Shown here: piece by piece, positions 18,634-27,052 of the stretch | Layout of the letters: every line of letters begins with the position of its first letter | Numbering within the stretch: the stretch's first letter is position 1 | Virus record (IMG/VR): IMGVR_UViG_2874968258_000005 | Strand: one strand, 5' to 3' | DNA: 34,153 nt | Source of the DNA: a virus | Lineage: Duplodnaviria > Heunggongvirae > Uroviricota > Caudoviricetes | The notes under the pieces: generated by a model | What the model was told of the DNA's origin: nothing | Databases searched by the model: none | Seen by the model: only the letters and a program-made list of their open reading frames with translations | Position numbers and translations under genes: made by a program

Positions 18634-20197
18634 GAGCAGTGTCTCCCAGCGCACGCGCCTTAAAGCACACCTCCGCCAGTTGCAGGGCAAAGTCGTCCGC
18701 GTTCAGCGTTTCCTGAAGCTCAGGCAGGCGTTTCAGAAAGTCATCAAAACTGTCGCACTCCTGCGCCAGTGTCAGCACCGGGTTCGTGAACGCCTCGCCG
18801 GTTTTCTGCCAGTCACGCAGGGCATCATCCACCATCTGTGCCAGTTCGTCGGGGTGTTCCCTGTTCAGGGCGACGCGCTCGCGGTTCATCGCCATATCAC
18901 CCGGCATCCCGGCGGAAACCGGATGCAGAACATCAGCCCCTTCGTCTGGCTCAGCCAGGCCGAACCGGTCCCGCAGCTCCGATTCCTGAACCCGCATCCC
19001 CCGGTCAATCAGCGGCACCAGAGCATCCGTCAGCGCCTTCAGATCTTCGGCTTCACTGATACGCAGAACAACACGGGGGTAGTGCGCCTGTGGCCCGTAG
19101 TTGGCCTCGATGTAGGGCCGCACCAGATATTCATTCAGCGTGTTAGCCAGCTGTCGCGCGTCCCAGCGCACAATGTCCATGCGCACCTGATTGTGCACGT
19201 CCGCCTGTGAACGCGAACTGCCGTTATCCGTGGTCATGGTCTGCCCCAGCACAGCCTTACTGATTTGCGCATCGCACCATTCCGCCATTTCACGGAACAG
19301 TGCGCCGCCGTTATTCCGGCTGGCGGTTTCCTGCATCTCCAGTTGCATGGACTGCGGAATGGCACACCCGGCATCCGAGGCAATGGAGGCAATCGCATCA
19401 ATCAGCACGCGGATTTGCTCCTCCGTGGCGTTGGGACCGTATTTCCCCACCGTAACCGGAATGCCGAATTTTTCCGCAAATGCCCACCAGTCGCGCACGG
19501 TAAAGGATTTCAGCATGTACATCACAGCCACCAGACGGGCCAGACCGTTACGCAGCGGCAGACCGGATTTCAGACGCGGCTGGTGAACAATGAATTTTCC
19601 CGGTGTCAGCGGTACGCCATCCACCGGTTCATCGTCCGTCAGCAGGCGGAACTGGCGCAGCGTGGGCTTTTCGGCTTTCAGAAAACGGGGATCAACCCAC
19701 TCATAATCACGGGGCATCCAGTGGTTGTTGCGGGTGTCCCACAGGATTTCACAGACCGCCACGCCTTTTCCCAGCCCGTCGAGCAAATCAAACATCAGTT
19801 CGGGGATTTGCGGGGCTTCCATCAGCGCACGGATGGCGTCCGCCAGCTGCACGTCGGCATCGTCATCACTGGCGGCCACCACCACCGGTTCGATACCTGC
19901 CACTGTCAGCTTGCGGGTGCGCAGCACCGAGGCGTAATGCAAATCACGTTCTTCCATCTCTTCGGCAAGGATAAAAAAATCACGCGTGATGCCGTCGGCG
20001 GCATTGCGCAGAATGCCTGCCAGCCTGCCGGGGTTCAGCCCGGAGGCGACGCTGATACCCGGCGAGGCCGGACGCACACCGGCATGACGCGGACGGGCCT
20101 GTGCTTCGTTGAGCGCCTCTTTTTTCAGCGTGTCTTCCTCACCGGTTGCCGGATTCAGCAGACGGCGAACGGCCCCGGCCAGTTGTTTCAGGTTCAC
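18626..20197 (-). CDS. Portal protein (Mu H / gp29-like, DUF935)
   Basis: 523 aa immediately after the large terminase, start overlapping the terminase stop. Confidence 0.85.
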   Translation of the reverse strand: MNLKQLAGAVRRLLNPATGEEDTLKKEALNEAQARPRHAGVRPASPGISVASGLNPGRLAGILRNAADGITRDFFILAEEMEERDLHYASVLRTRKLTVAGIEPVVVAASDDDADVQLADAIRALMEAPQIPELMFDLLDGLGKGVAVCEILWDTRNNHWMPRDYEWVDPRFLKAEKPTLRQFRLLTDDEPVDGVPLTPGKFIVHQPRLKSGLPLRNGLARLVAVMYMLKSFTVRDWWAFAEKFGIPVTVGKYGPNATEEQIRVLIDAIASIASDAGCAIPQSMQLEMQETASRNNGGALFREMAEWCDAQISKAVLGQTMTTDNGSSRSQADVHNQVRMDIVRWDARQLANTLNEYLVRPYIEANYGPQAHYPRVVLRISEAEDLKALTDALVPLIDRGMRVQESELRDRFGLAEPDEGADVLHPVSAGMPGDMAMNRERVALNREHPDELAQMVDDALRDWQKTGEAFTNPVLTLAQECDSFDDFLKRLPELQETLNADDFALQLAEVCFKARALGDTAHA

Positions 20198-21729
20198 AGT
20201 AAACCTCCCTCATTTTTCAGGCCGCGTGTCAGCTTCATCTGGCGGCGCGCGTTGCCTTCTTCCGGTTTCGCCGGGCGGTTCAGGCGGTGCAGCTCGTAAC
20301 GGTGGCAGTCATCTTTACTGGCAAGGAAGCCCAGGAAAATAGCCACAGCGGCGTCGCCGTGACGCTTGCGGCCATCACTGCCTTTAGTACGGGCATCGTC
20401 AATACCGGGAACGCCACGCAGTAACTGAATGGCCCCGAGGTCATTGATCACATCTTCATGCTTCGGAAGGATCAGCTCATCATCTTCAAACGCCGCACGG
20501 AAACGGGGCATGTTTTCGCGGTAGAACGCCACGGACAGCATCACCTGTTCCACCTCGTCGCCGTATCGTTCTGCCGCCTGTTCTGCCAGATACTGACCAT
20601 TACCCCGCGCATCCATTTTGATACCGTCACGACGGGGCAGACGATCGCAAAGCCAGAACAGCACCTGCTCCTGCTGTTTAAACGGCACATTGGCAAGCTC
20701 AACCAGAAACGGCACCTCGCGGGTGGTGTCGTCGTTCACCGTCACCGGGGCCAGCACGGTCAGGTCACCCGAACGCGCAAAGTCTTCCCCCAGACAGTGG
20801 CGCAGATTCTTCGGGAGTTTTTCCAGCTCAGGGCGCACCACCGTTTCCAGCCATTCCCTGATCTCTGCCCGGCGCTGGCCTTCCGTCAGTGCGTTAAATT
20901 CCGGTGTGCCGGTAAAGCGCAACACTTTTCCGGTGCCACGGGCCGCACGTTCACGCAGTGAGCGGGGGATATACGTGCCGCCGCCGTTTTTCGGGACGCA
21001 GTAATACTCCTCCAGCGCATCTTCGCGGGTGGCGGTATTTCGCAGCAGGCCTTCTTTCCATTCCACCTCGGCTTCCGGTGACCACACCATGCCGCGCACC
21101 TGACAGATACGCCGGTACAGCCCGTCATTACAGGCGTCATCCAGCGTGATGGTGTGAATACGGTAATCTTTTTTGCCCGCGCGGCTTTCCTGAATCAGCT
21201 GGTTAAACGGGTTGTCCACGCCGTCATGGGTGGAGATAAGGCGAACCTTACCGCCCCACGTGGTCAGTGGTGTGACCGCCTTGAGTACCTCATCCAGCTT
21301 TTCATGAAACGCCGCTTCGTCGATGGTGACATTCCCCTGCATCCCGCGAATGTTGCCCGGATTACTGGACAGCGCCTTGACCTTAAATCCGCTGGCGAAG
21401 TACACGACGAACGTCAGAATGTCCTTGTCTTCGTCGGTGATCACTTCCTCGCGGATTTCTTCCGCGGCTGCATTAAACGCTTTTGCCCACATCGCCACGG
21501 CGTCGATAAATTCGCGGGCCATCTCCTTGTTCGAACCGATGTAAAAGTGATCGCGCCCGCCGTTTTCCTTCTTCAGTGATGCGGTCAGTGCCGCATCTGC
21601 CGCTTCCGCCCAGGTTAAACCGGTACGGCGCGATTTTTCGGCGATTTTCAGTTTTGAATCATCCGCCACCCAGCGTTTCTGATACGGCAGCAGAACATCG
21701 GATTCACTGAATGCGTTCATCTGTGTCAT
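20194..21729 (-). CDS. Terminase large subunit (Mu gp28-like)
   Basis: 511 aa with an N-terminal ATPase-like region and a C-terminal nuclease-like region (DARGNG). Confidence 0.85.
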   Translation of the reverse strand: MTQMNAFSESDVLLPYQKRWVADDSKLKIAEKSRRTGLTWAEAADAALTASLKKENGGRDHFYIGSNKEMAREFIDAVAMWAKAFNAAAEEIREEVITDEDKDILTFVVYFASGFKVKALSSNPGNIRGMQGNVTIDEAAFHEKLDEVLKAVTPLTTWGGKVRLISTHDGVDNPFNQLIQESRAGKKDYRIHTITLDDACNDGLYRRICQVRGMVWSPEAEVEWKEGLLRNTATREDALEEYYCVPKNGGGTYIPRSLRERAARGTGKVLRFTGTPEFNALTEGQRRAEIREWLETVVRPELEKLPKNLRHCLGEDFARSGDLTVLAPVTVNDDTTREVPFLVELANVPFKQQEQVLFWLCDRLPRRDGIKMDARGNGQYLAEQAAERYGDEVEQVMLSVAFYRENMPRFRAAFEDDELILPKHEDVINDLGAIQLLRGVPGIDDARTKGSDGRKRHGDAAVAIFLGFLASKDDCHRYELHRLNRPAKPEEGNARRQMKLTRGLKNEGGLL

Positions 21730-22307
21730 ACACTAATCCCCAGAATTTCACGTTTGATGGTGTCAGCCGCACCGCCTGACAGACCGCCCGCTCTGACCAG
21801 CTCTTCGGTTTTCTCTGCCATTTCCTGCGCAAACGCATCGCGGATTGCTTTTTCGCGTTTATGGCTGGTCATGGCTGCCGCTTCCAGACGCTGGGCAACC
21901 AGCGCCAGTTGCCCCAGCGCCTTCGGTGCAACAGGTTTGTCGTCTTCTGTCATCGACATGGACGTTTCAAAGGCCAGCGTTTTTACAAACTCCATCAGCA
22001 GCCTGCCGACGTCTGACGTCGGCGCGGAACCCAGCTTTGCCGCCCAGACTTCGGCCATTTCGCGGGAGGCACGGATTTTTGCCCCGACTTTTTCCATGCG
22101 GCTGGCATAGCGGTTTAAGCCCGTCCGGCTTAACTGCATCTCCCCCGGCAGGTTGTGTTCGTCAATCAGGGCATTGATGGCTTCGCGGATTTCTTCCTGC
22201 GTGTGCCGCTTTTCCCGCAGCATCTGGTGTAACTGCTCACGGATGCTGTCCGGGAGTAAATCCACTTTGGAAAGACGGCCACGGGTGGGGCGTTGTTCAT
22301 TTTCCAT
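21726..22307 (-). CDS. Mu gp27-like protein (DUF3486), putative small terminase / DNA-recognition subunit
   Basis: 193 aa, helical and charged, directly upstream of and coupled to the large terminase (ATGA overlap). Confidence 0.5.
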   Translation of the reverse strand: MENEQRPTRGRLSKVDLLPDSIREQLHQMLREKRHTQEEIREAINALIDEHNLPGEMQLSRTGLNRYASRMEKVGAKIRASREMAEVWAAKLGSAPTSDVGRLLMEFVKTLAFETSMSMTEDDKPVAPKALGQLALVAQRLEAAAMTSHKREKAIRDAFAQEMAEKTEELVRAGGLSGGAADTIKREILGISV

Positions 22308-22584
22308 CTTCTGTCCTCTGTGTTTTCAGACCAGCGTATATTTCTTCACGAACGGACTGAATATCCTTACCTGGCAGCTTCCACAGCCGCGCACATGCCG
22401 GTGATGACCGCAGGGCGCGTTTCATGGGGGTATCCGGTGCATCCGGGTTCCAGGGCTTTCCTGTATGTTTTTCGTATGCACGGACAATGGCGTTTTGCTC
22501 AATGTCTGCCAGCACAAGGCAGTACGCCAGCTGCCGCACGACGGCCCGTTCTCCACGACTTAACGGCTTCAGTTTTCGGGCCAT
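22297..22584 (-). CDS. Mu gp26-like small protein
   Basis: 95 aa upstream of the gp27-like gene by synteny. Confidence 0.4.
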   Translation of the reverse strand: MARKLKPLSRGERAVVRQLAYCLVLADIEQNAIVRAYEKHTGKPWNPDAPDTPMKRALRSSPACARLWKLPGKDIQSVREEIYAGLKTQRTEDGK

Positions 22585-22586
22585 GT

Positions 22587-22880
22587 TCAGTCCCTCGCAC
22601 GGGGTTTTTTAACGCCCGGCACACCGGACAGGCCGTTTGCCACATCCTCGCCGCTGCCGGTGATTTCAGCCACGTAACAGCCGCCCACATCAGACAGACG
22701 AACCAGCCCCTGCTCGCGCAGCCATGCAAGCTGGGTGCGCACCACATCACGGGATACCTTATGACCGTAGGCCTGAAGGCAGGTCTGCAACACGGATTCA
22801 TTCGCGCTGTCGCCACAGTCCAGCAGGGAACGCAGCAACACCAGACGACGGTCTTCAGTGAGGATCTCTTTCATCGCCAT
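22587..22880 (-). CDS. Small winged-helix-like DNA-binding protein (function unknown)
   Basis: 97 aa with a helix-turn-helix-like segment (...VSRDVVRTQLAWLREQGLVRL...). Confidence 0.4.
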   Translation of the reverse strand: MAMKEILTEDRRLVLLRSLLDCGDSANESVLQTCLQAYGHKVSRDVVRTQLAWLREQGLVRLSDVGGCYVAEITGSGEDVANGLSGVPGVKKPRARD

Positions 22881-23185
22881 TAATTTTTTTCCTTTAATTC
22901 GTTCTCTAATAACAAATCGCTGATGCGGGATACCTGGCGGATGGATGGCCCCAGCTCTTTGATTTCACCCCGCAGGTTGCTGATATCCAGTTGCAGGCGG
23001 TGAAATTCATTGCGGTCGGGTAGCTGATTCACCAGGCCTTCCATCACCGACACGCGGGAACGCAGCGAATCAAACTCTTCGCGTTTGACGTAAGTCTTCG
23101 CCAGAATCAGCTGAATCAGGTTTATTGCTGTCATCAACAGCGCCCATAAAACAGGCCAGTTGGCCCGGATCACTTCCCAGGACAC
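22880..23185 (-). CDS. Membrane-anchored coiled-coil protein (i-spanin-like topology; lysis-associated?)
   Basis: 101 aa with an N-terminal hydrophobic helix (WPVLWALLMTAINLIQLIL) and then a coiled-coil. Confidence 0.4.
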   Translation of the reverse strand: MSWEVIRANWPVLWALLMTAINLIQLILAKTYVKREEFDSLRSRVSVMEGLVNQLPDRNEFHRLQLDISNLRGEIKELGPSIRQVSRISDLLLENELKEKN

Positions 23186-23397
23186 GTCTTCCTCCTGTGT
23201 TCCCGCGCCTGCTGGCAGTCAATACAGGTCACCACATCCGGCAGCACCGCAAGGCGCTGTGCCGGAATAACGTTCCCGCAGTCATTGCAGAAGCCCCGAC
23301 TGTGGGGTGCTTCTTTTATCCGCATCAGCCAGGCGTTAACGACGTCCTGACGTTCGTTTAAAACCACTTCACTGATGCGGTCGGTTTCATCGGTCAT
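23170..23397 (-). CDS. TraR/DksA-family C4 zinc-finger protein
   Basis: 75 aa with CNDCGNVIPAQRLAVLPDVVTCIDCQ, a C4 zinc-finger spacing typical of phage TraR/DksA-like proteins. Confidence 0.6.
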   Translation of the reverse strand: MTDETDRISEVVLNERQDVVNAWLMRIKEAPHSRGFCNDCGNVIPAQRLAVLPDVVTCIDCQQAREHRRKTCPGK

Positions 23398-24002
23398 TTC
23401 GGCCCCGCTGATATTTTGTGACAGCTCGATTTGCTGTAACGGGCAAAGCCGTCAAGGGTTCTTACCCCGAGATAGCCCAGCGCCGGGGTAAACAACATCA
23501 GCGTGATATCCCAGTCCGGTGACGGCATATGCAGCGTGATACCGTTCGCACCGGCAACCGCACCGGCAATCTGGCCACAGGAGAGCAACAGCACATAGGC
23601 CAGACTGCTGTAACAGGACAGACGGGCCAGCAACGGGCGCGTCTGGCGCACATAGCTGTCCGTGGCGTTGTCACCGTTGCGGATGGTTTCCTGTTGTTCG
23701 TGGTGAGCGGCCTGCTGGTCAGCCAGCACCAGCTTCTGCCGCTCCACCTCCAGCTGTTGCAGCTGGACTTTCAGGGTTTCCAGCTGCACCAGTTGCTCCG
23801 GTGACAGCATCACCAGTTTTTGTTCCAGAATGCGTTGCTGTTCAGCCACCGGCAGGCTTTCCCGGACGCTTTCCACCATACCGGCCACCGAGTCAGCGGC
23901 GGCAGATGTGCTGCCACCAAACCAGCGCCCGACGGAACGAATCAGCCCCGGCCCGGCTTTCAGCAGAACGGAGGCGATGCCTGAAAGGGTTAACGGGTCC
24001 AT
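23394..24002 (-). CDS. Coiled-coil protein with C-terminal transmembrane segments (lysis-cluster membrane protein)
   Basis: 202 aa with a central LQQLEVERQKL-type coiled-coil and hydrophobic C-terminal helices. Confidence 0.45.
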   Translation of the reverse strand: MDPLTLSGIASVLLKAGPGLIRSVGRWFGGSTSAAADSVAGMVESVRESLPVAEQQRILEQKLVMLSPEQLVQLETLKVQLQQLEVERQKLVLADQQAAHHEQQETIRNGDNATDSYVRQTRPLLARLSCYSSLAYVLLLSCGQIAGAVAGANGITLHMPSPDWDITLMLFTPALGYLGVRTLDGFARYSKSSCHKISAGPK

Positions 24003-24400
24003 GAATCCCCCTTATGAAAACGGCGCTGATGTTTATAAAGTGCCGCACAAAAGATACCGCCCAGCCAGAACGCCAGCTGATAAGGCTCCTTCAGATAAAG
24101 AAGGCCGAATGTCAGCATGAAAAAACCAACGGCCCAGACCACCCATGACCACACGACAATTCGAAGGGAGGCGGCCCGGAAACGCCTTTTGGGTTGCAGG
24201 CGATAAGGTACGTTGCCCAGCTGGAAACTGTGAATCAGGCAGAGTGTCGCGCCGTATGCCAGCACCATGACCGCAAACGCCTGCCATCCGGCAAAACAGC
24301 TCGCCAGAAAAAGGACTGCCGACAGCCCCAGAAACGACCACTGGCACAACATAAAGCGGGAGTAAATAACGCGAACAAAAAGACTATTCATTCTGTGCAT
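23990..24400 (-). CDS. Small polytopic membrane protein (about 4 TM helices), holin candidate
   Basis: Start taken at the internal ATG near 24400, preceded by an AAGGA RBS. Four hydrophobic helices; lies downstream of the endolysin. Confidence 0.45.
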   Translation of the reverse strand: MHRMNSLFVRVIYSRFMLCQWSFLGLSAVLFLASCFAGWQAFAVMVLAYGATLCLIHSFQLGNVPYRLQPKRRFRAASLRIVVWSWVVWAVGFFMLTFGLLYLKEPYQLAFWLGGIFCAALYKHQRRFHKGDSWTR

Positions 24401-24611
24401 TGAGTTTTTCCTTGTACTTCTGGCACTGCCAGAAAATGTCCCGTGTATCCACGGTGTTCCAGCCACGCATGTAGTGGCTGGCGTGTGTGCCGTCATGACC
24501 GGTATAGTCCAGCGGTTTCGGGGGCGGACCTCCGGCCATACGATGTAAAACCTCCTGACGCAGGCGGTCACGCCGCCCGGCTCTCAGCGAGGCATCCCAG
24601 CCTTTGCCCAT
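24384..24611 (-). CDS. Hypothetical 75-aa protein translationally coupled to the endolysin gene
   Basis: ATG 1 nt after the endolysin stop (TGAtATG). Confidence 0.35.
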   Translation of the reverse strand: MGKGWDASLRAGRRDRLRQEVLHRMAGGPPPKPLDYTGHDGTHASHYMRGWNTVDTRDIFWQCQKYKEKLNAQNE

Positions 24612-24612
24612 A

Positions 24613-25200
24613 TCATCCCCGCGTGACGGACGACACGTTGTCGATAATTTCCAGACAGGCGTCGGTCACTTTCTCCATGCGGTTAAACCAGCCGTTCAGG
24701 TATTTGCCCTGGGCAGGTTTGGATTTGATGATGTCGGCATAAAAGCGGGAACGACGGACAATGCAGCGGGTCAGCAACCAGTCCGGGGTGGACAGGCTCA
24801 CTGCCTTACGGGTACGCGGACCGATGATGCCGTCAGCATCCACATCAGCGGCTTCCTGCAAAATCCTGATAGCTTTTTTAACGCCATGCTGAACCGCCGC
24901 ATCGAACACAAACATCGCCACGCCATCAGGCCACTGGTCACATCCGGCAGGCAGCCAGTAATCGCGCCAGTAAATCTGCGCGACCTGTTCGCGGGTTAAA
25001 TCCCTGATGCGGGTATCCGGTTTACCGTCGCCGCTGACATCGGTTTTGCCGTCAATCACACCGTCGCGGCGGTCAGAAATGCCGTATCTGGTTTCGCCGC
25101 CACGGTCAGTGGGGTCATTGACATAGACGCCTTCGATATCGGGACGCAGAATAAAATTCAGCGCATACTCAAAGGCCGGGGAGAATTTTTGATTTTCCAT
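24613..25200 (-). CDS. Endolysin, GH108-type muramidase with C-terminal peptidoglycan-binding domain
   Basis: 195 aa. N-terminal ...FEYALNFILRPDIEGVYVNDPTDRGGETRYGI... is the GH108 signature region. AGGTG RBS. No SAR or signal-anchor segment. Confidence 0.8.
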   Translation of the reverse strand: MENQKFSPAFEYALNFILRPDIEGVYVNDPTDRGGETRYGISDRRDGVIDGKTDVSGDGKPDTRIRDLTREQVAQIYWRDYWLPAGCDQWPDGVAMFVFDAAVQHGVKKAIRILQEAADVDADGIIGPRTRKAVSLSTPDWLLTRCIVRRSRFYADIIKSKPAQGKYLNGWFNRMEKVTDACLEIIDNVSSVTRG

Positions 25201-25211
25201 AAAAGCACCTG

Positions 25212-25240
25212 TGAAGCAGATTTAAACGTGGTCTGCTTCA
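25212..25240 (-). promoter_or_regulatory. Stem-loop immediately upstream of the endolysin RBS
   Basis: TGAAGCAGA-(11 nt)-TCTGCTTCA, ending 2 nt before the AGGTG RBS. Confidence 0.3.
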
Positions 25241-25255
25241 TGGTGCCGGAGGCAT

Positions 25256-25281
25256 AAAAAAAGCCGGATTTACCGGCTTCA
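25256..25281 (-). terminator. Intrinsic terminator after mor (candidate end of the early/middle transcript)
   Basis: Same GAAGCCGG-TAAAT-CCGGCTTC + U7 element as at 17704-17729, about 5 nt after the mor stop. Confidence 0.6.
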
Positions 25282-25285
25282 TTGA

Positions 25286-25735
25286 TTAAGGACGTCGTGG
25301 CGGACGACGAACGGGGTGAGGCAGGTTCGGGGAGTGGTAAAACAAATCCGGCTGGTATTTATTACACTCCAGACGCCGCATCCGCTTGATGGCCTTGTAG
25401 ACGGTTTTATACGTCACCCCGTAACGCTGAACCAGTTCAGGAATATTATGGCCGTTAAAATCACGCCAGATACGCATATCCCGGACAAGATTCTCCAGAA
25501 TATTCCCCCTCGGAACATAAACCTGCATCCCGCCGATATAGCGACAAATCGCCACAACCAGCTCAAGGGAATGGGCAGGGTCTGCGCCAATCCGGGCCAG
25601 CTCTTTACGCAGCAGTGCGTTCAGTTCAGAAAGTAACGCCGGATAAGCCGTGTTTTCCTGGTAATCGTTAAGGTATTCCAGAACGCTGTCGTCCCGGAAG
25701 TCTTCGAATAAATCCTGCTCTTTCATCTGTTTCAT
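25286..25735 (-). CDS. mor: Mor/C-family transcription activator (Mor-like)
   Basis: 149 aa with ...YPALLSELNALLRKELARIGADPAHSLELVVAICRYIGGMQVYVPRG...WRDFNGHNIPELVQRYGVTYKTVYKAIKRMRR, matching the Mor/C family as I recall it. Coupled to gemA upstream, as in Mu. Confidence 0.75.
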   Translation of the reverse strand: MKQMKEQDLFEDFRDDSVLEYLNDYQENTAYPALLSELNALLRKELARIGADPAHSLELVVAICRYIGGMQVYVPRGNILENLVRDMRIWRDFNGHNIPELVQRYGVTYKTVYKAIKRMRRLECNKYQPDLFYHSPNLPHPVRRPPRRP

Positions 25736-26283
25736 ACAGCAATTCTCCCGCTGTTTCGTGCGCGGGCATATGCACTGGTCAGTGCATCATAGCCGCGCAG
25801 CTTCCGCCCGGTTTCGCTCACAGGTAAAGGCACACCATGTCGGGCAAAGGCTTCCCGGATGCAGCGCATATGCCACTGTTTGAGCGTTTCGAGCACAACA
25901 TGCAACGATTCCCCGTGACACCAGGCCAGCGTGGAAACACCCTGACCGCCATTACGTCTGGCCGTCAGGCGTTCAACGTATTTGTCCAGCGCAGCGTCGC
26001 TGATATCGGAGACGAAACCATCAAGGAACATCTGCTGCCAGATTTTATAAATCTTCTCGCGCGGTGTGACATGCCCCTTAAAGCGACGGCGGGGATGTTT
26101 TTTCTGCTTCTTAAAACCGCGCTCTTTCATGGCATCGAGCACACGTTCCAGTTGTGCAACGGACAGCTCGCGGCAACTGGTTTTGCCCGTGTGCTGCACC
26201 AGAAAGGCGCGGTAAGTGTCATCGTCGAGTTGTAGATCACGACGGGCGACATGAATTAATTTAATCAGGGATGTGCGATTCAT
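25732..26283 (-). CDS. gemA: GemA-like regulatory protein (DUF1018)
   Basis: Start at the internal ATG giving 183 aa (MNRTSLIKLIHVARRDLQLDDDTYRAFL...). Directly upstream of mor. Confidence 0.7.
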   Translation of the reverse strand: MNRTSLIKLIHVARRDLQLDDDTYRAFLVQHTGKTSCRELSVAQLERVLDAMKERGFKKQKKHPRRRFKGHVTPREKIYKIWQQMFLDGFVSDISDAALDKYVERLTARRNGGQGVSTLAWCHGESLHVVLETLKQWHMRCIREAFARHGVPLPVSETGRKLRGYDALTSAYARARNSGRIAV

Positions 26284-26290
26284 TATCGTA

Positions 26291-26324
26291 CCTCCAGAAA
26301 AGGGGGCGGTGCGGCAACACCGCC
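26291..26324 (-). promoter_or_regulatory. Hairpin plus U-rich tract in the gemA leader (attenuator/terminator-like)
   Basis: Minus-strand GGCGGTG-uugccg-CACCGCC followed by CCCCUUUUCUGGAGG, the last part being the gemA RBS. Confidence 0.35.
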
Positions 26325-26356
26325 AGAATCCACTCACTAAACAGAGGAAACTTTTT

Positions 26357-26623
26357 ATGAAAAACAGTGAACAGCCTTATGATGTTGCAGGGTATGTCAT
26401 TGCCTCAAGGTTGCTGATACTCCTTGTCAGAAAGGGGCTAATTACCGCAGAAGAAGGCAAAACGATCCTCGAAGCCGCAGCAAGCGGAGCGGCAGAGGCT
26501 CCGGCATTGAGAACAACGAATAATCCCATCCTGCAAATATCACAGCTAATCACTGATACCATCAGTTTGTTAGACCAAGATTCTGATGAATATCAAAAGC
26601 CTCAGCCATCTGAGCATCCGTAA
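26357..26623 (+). CDS. Candidate opposite-strand small gene (89 aa) inside the early operon
   Basis: ATG at 26357 preceded by AGAGGAAA at 7-nt spacing. Occupies an otherwise non-coding gap, convergent with the minus-strand gene ending at 26562. Confidence 0.3.
   Translation: MKNSEQPYDVAGYVIASRLLILLVRKGLITAEEGKTILEAAASGAAEAPALRTTNNPILQISQLITDTISLLDQDSDEYQKPQPSEHP
26377..26562 (-). CDS. Candidate small hydrophobic protein (61 aa), translationally coupled to the upstream gene
   Basis: ATG overlaps the upstream stop (TGATG). Hydrophobic stretch GLFVVLNAGASAAPLAAASRIVL. Competes with the + strand ORF at 26357..26623. Confidence 0.3.
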   Translation of the reverse strand: MVSVISCDICRMGLFVVLNAGASAAPLAAASRIVLPSSAVISPFLTRSISNLEAMTYPATS

Positions 26624-26876
26624 GAATATCTTTATTTGATAGTCCCAGCCTGCGACGAATGTATTCCTCGCGGGCTGCTTCATTTTGTAGCGCCACGGCA
26701 GCTTCCACCTGGTTCATTTCACGGTTGATAATGCTCCGGACTTCTCTGGCGGTGAGGTCATGCTCAATACCATATTTAACAATATCATGCATACGTTCCA
26801 GCATCCTTAAATTAGCCATGACGTCATCAATATTAACTGGTGTGAATTTCATTTCTTTATTCTCTGGTTTATTCAT
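26562..26876 (-). CDS. Hypothetical early protein (104 aa, charged and helical)
   Basis: Start at the internal ATG with an AGAGG RBS. Low-GC segment. Confidence 0.5.
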   Translation of the reverse strand: MNKPENKEMKFTPVNIDDVMANLRMLERMHDIVKYGIEHDLTAREVRSIINREMNQVEAAVALQNEAAREEYIRRRLGLSNKDILTDAQMAEAFDIHQNLGLTN

Positions 26877-26905
26877 TTCGTAATACCTCTTCGCAATAAA
26901 AGATT

Positions 26906-27052
26906 TCATTGGGATAACGTTTTTGTATGCGCTCCATCACCTGCATACATGTCTGCTCTGTGGGCCAGATTTTTTTCCGTTACCGGAATGGCATCGCAGG
27001 CATCATTTCCGCAGGTGCCAACCAGCAGGACAAAGCCAGTTGACTTAATCAT
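26906..27052 (-). CDS. Candidate small protein (48 aa, Cys-containing)
   Basis: ATG at 27052 with an AGGAA RBS; overlaps the upstream gene by 8 nt. Confidence 0.3.
   Translation of the reverse strand: MIKSTGFVLLVGTCGNDACDAIPVTEKNLAHRADMYAGDGAHTKTLSQ

Noticed and set aside
19265-20299. 344-aa + strand ORF
   Set aside because: Antisense to the portal gene; Arg/His/Gly-rich composition typical of out-of-frame translation of GC-rich DNA.
24033-24347. 104-aa minus-strand ORF nested inside the membrane-protein gene
   Set aside because: Alternative frame of the same strand within a gene that has a coherent transmembrane pattern; Gly/Arg-rich and implausible.
26357-26623. Treating the + strand ORF as a confident lysogen-expressed moron
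   Set aside because: A competing minus-strand ORF with translational coupling occupies the same gap and no clear -35/-10 promoter is visible upstream; kept only as a low-confidence alternative.
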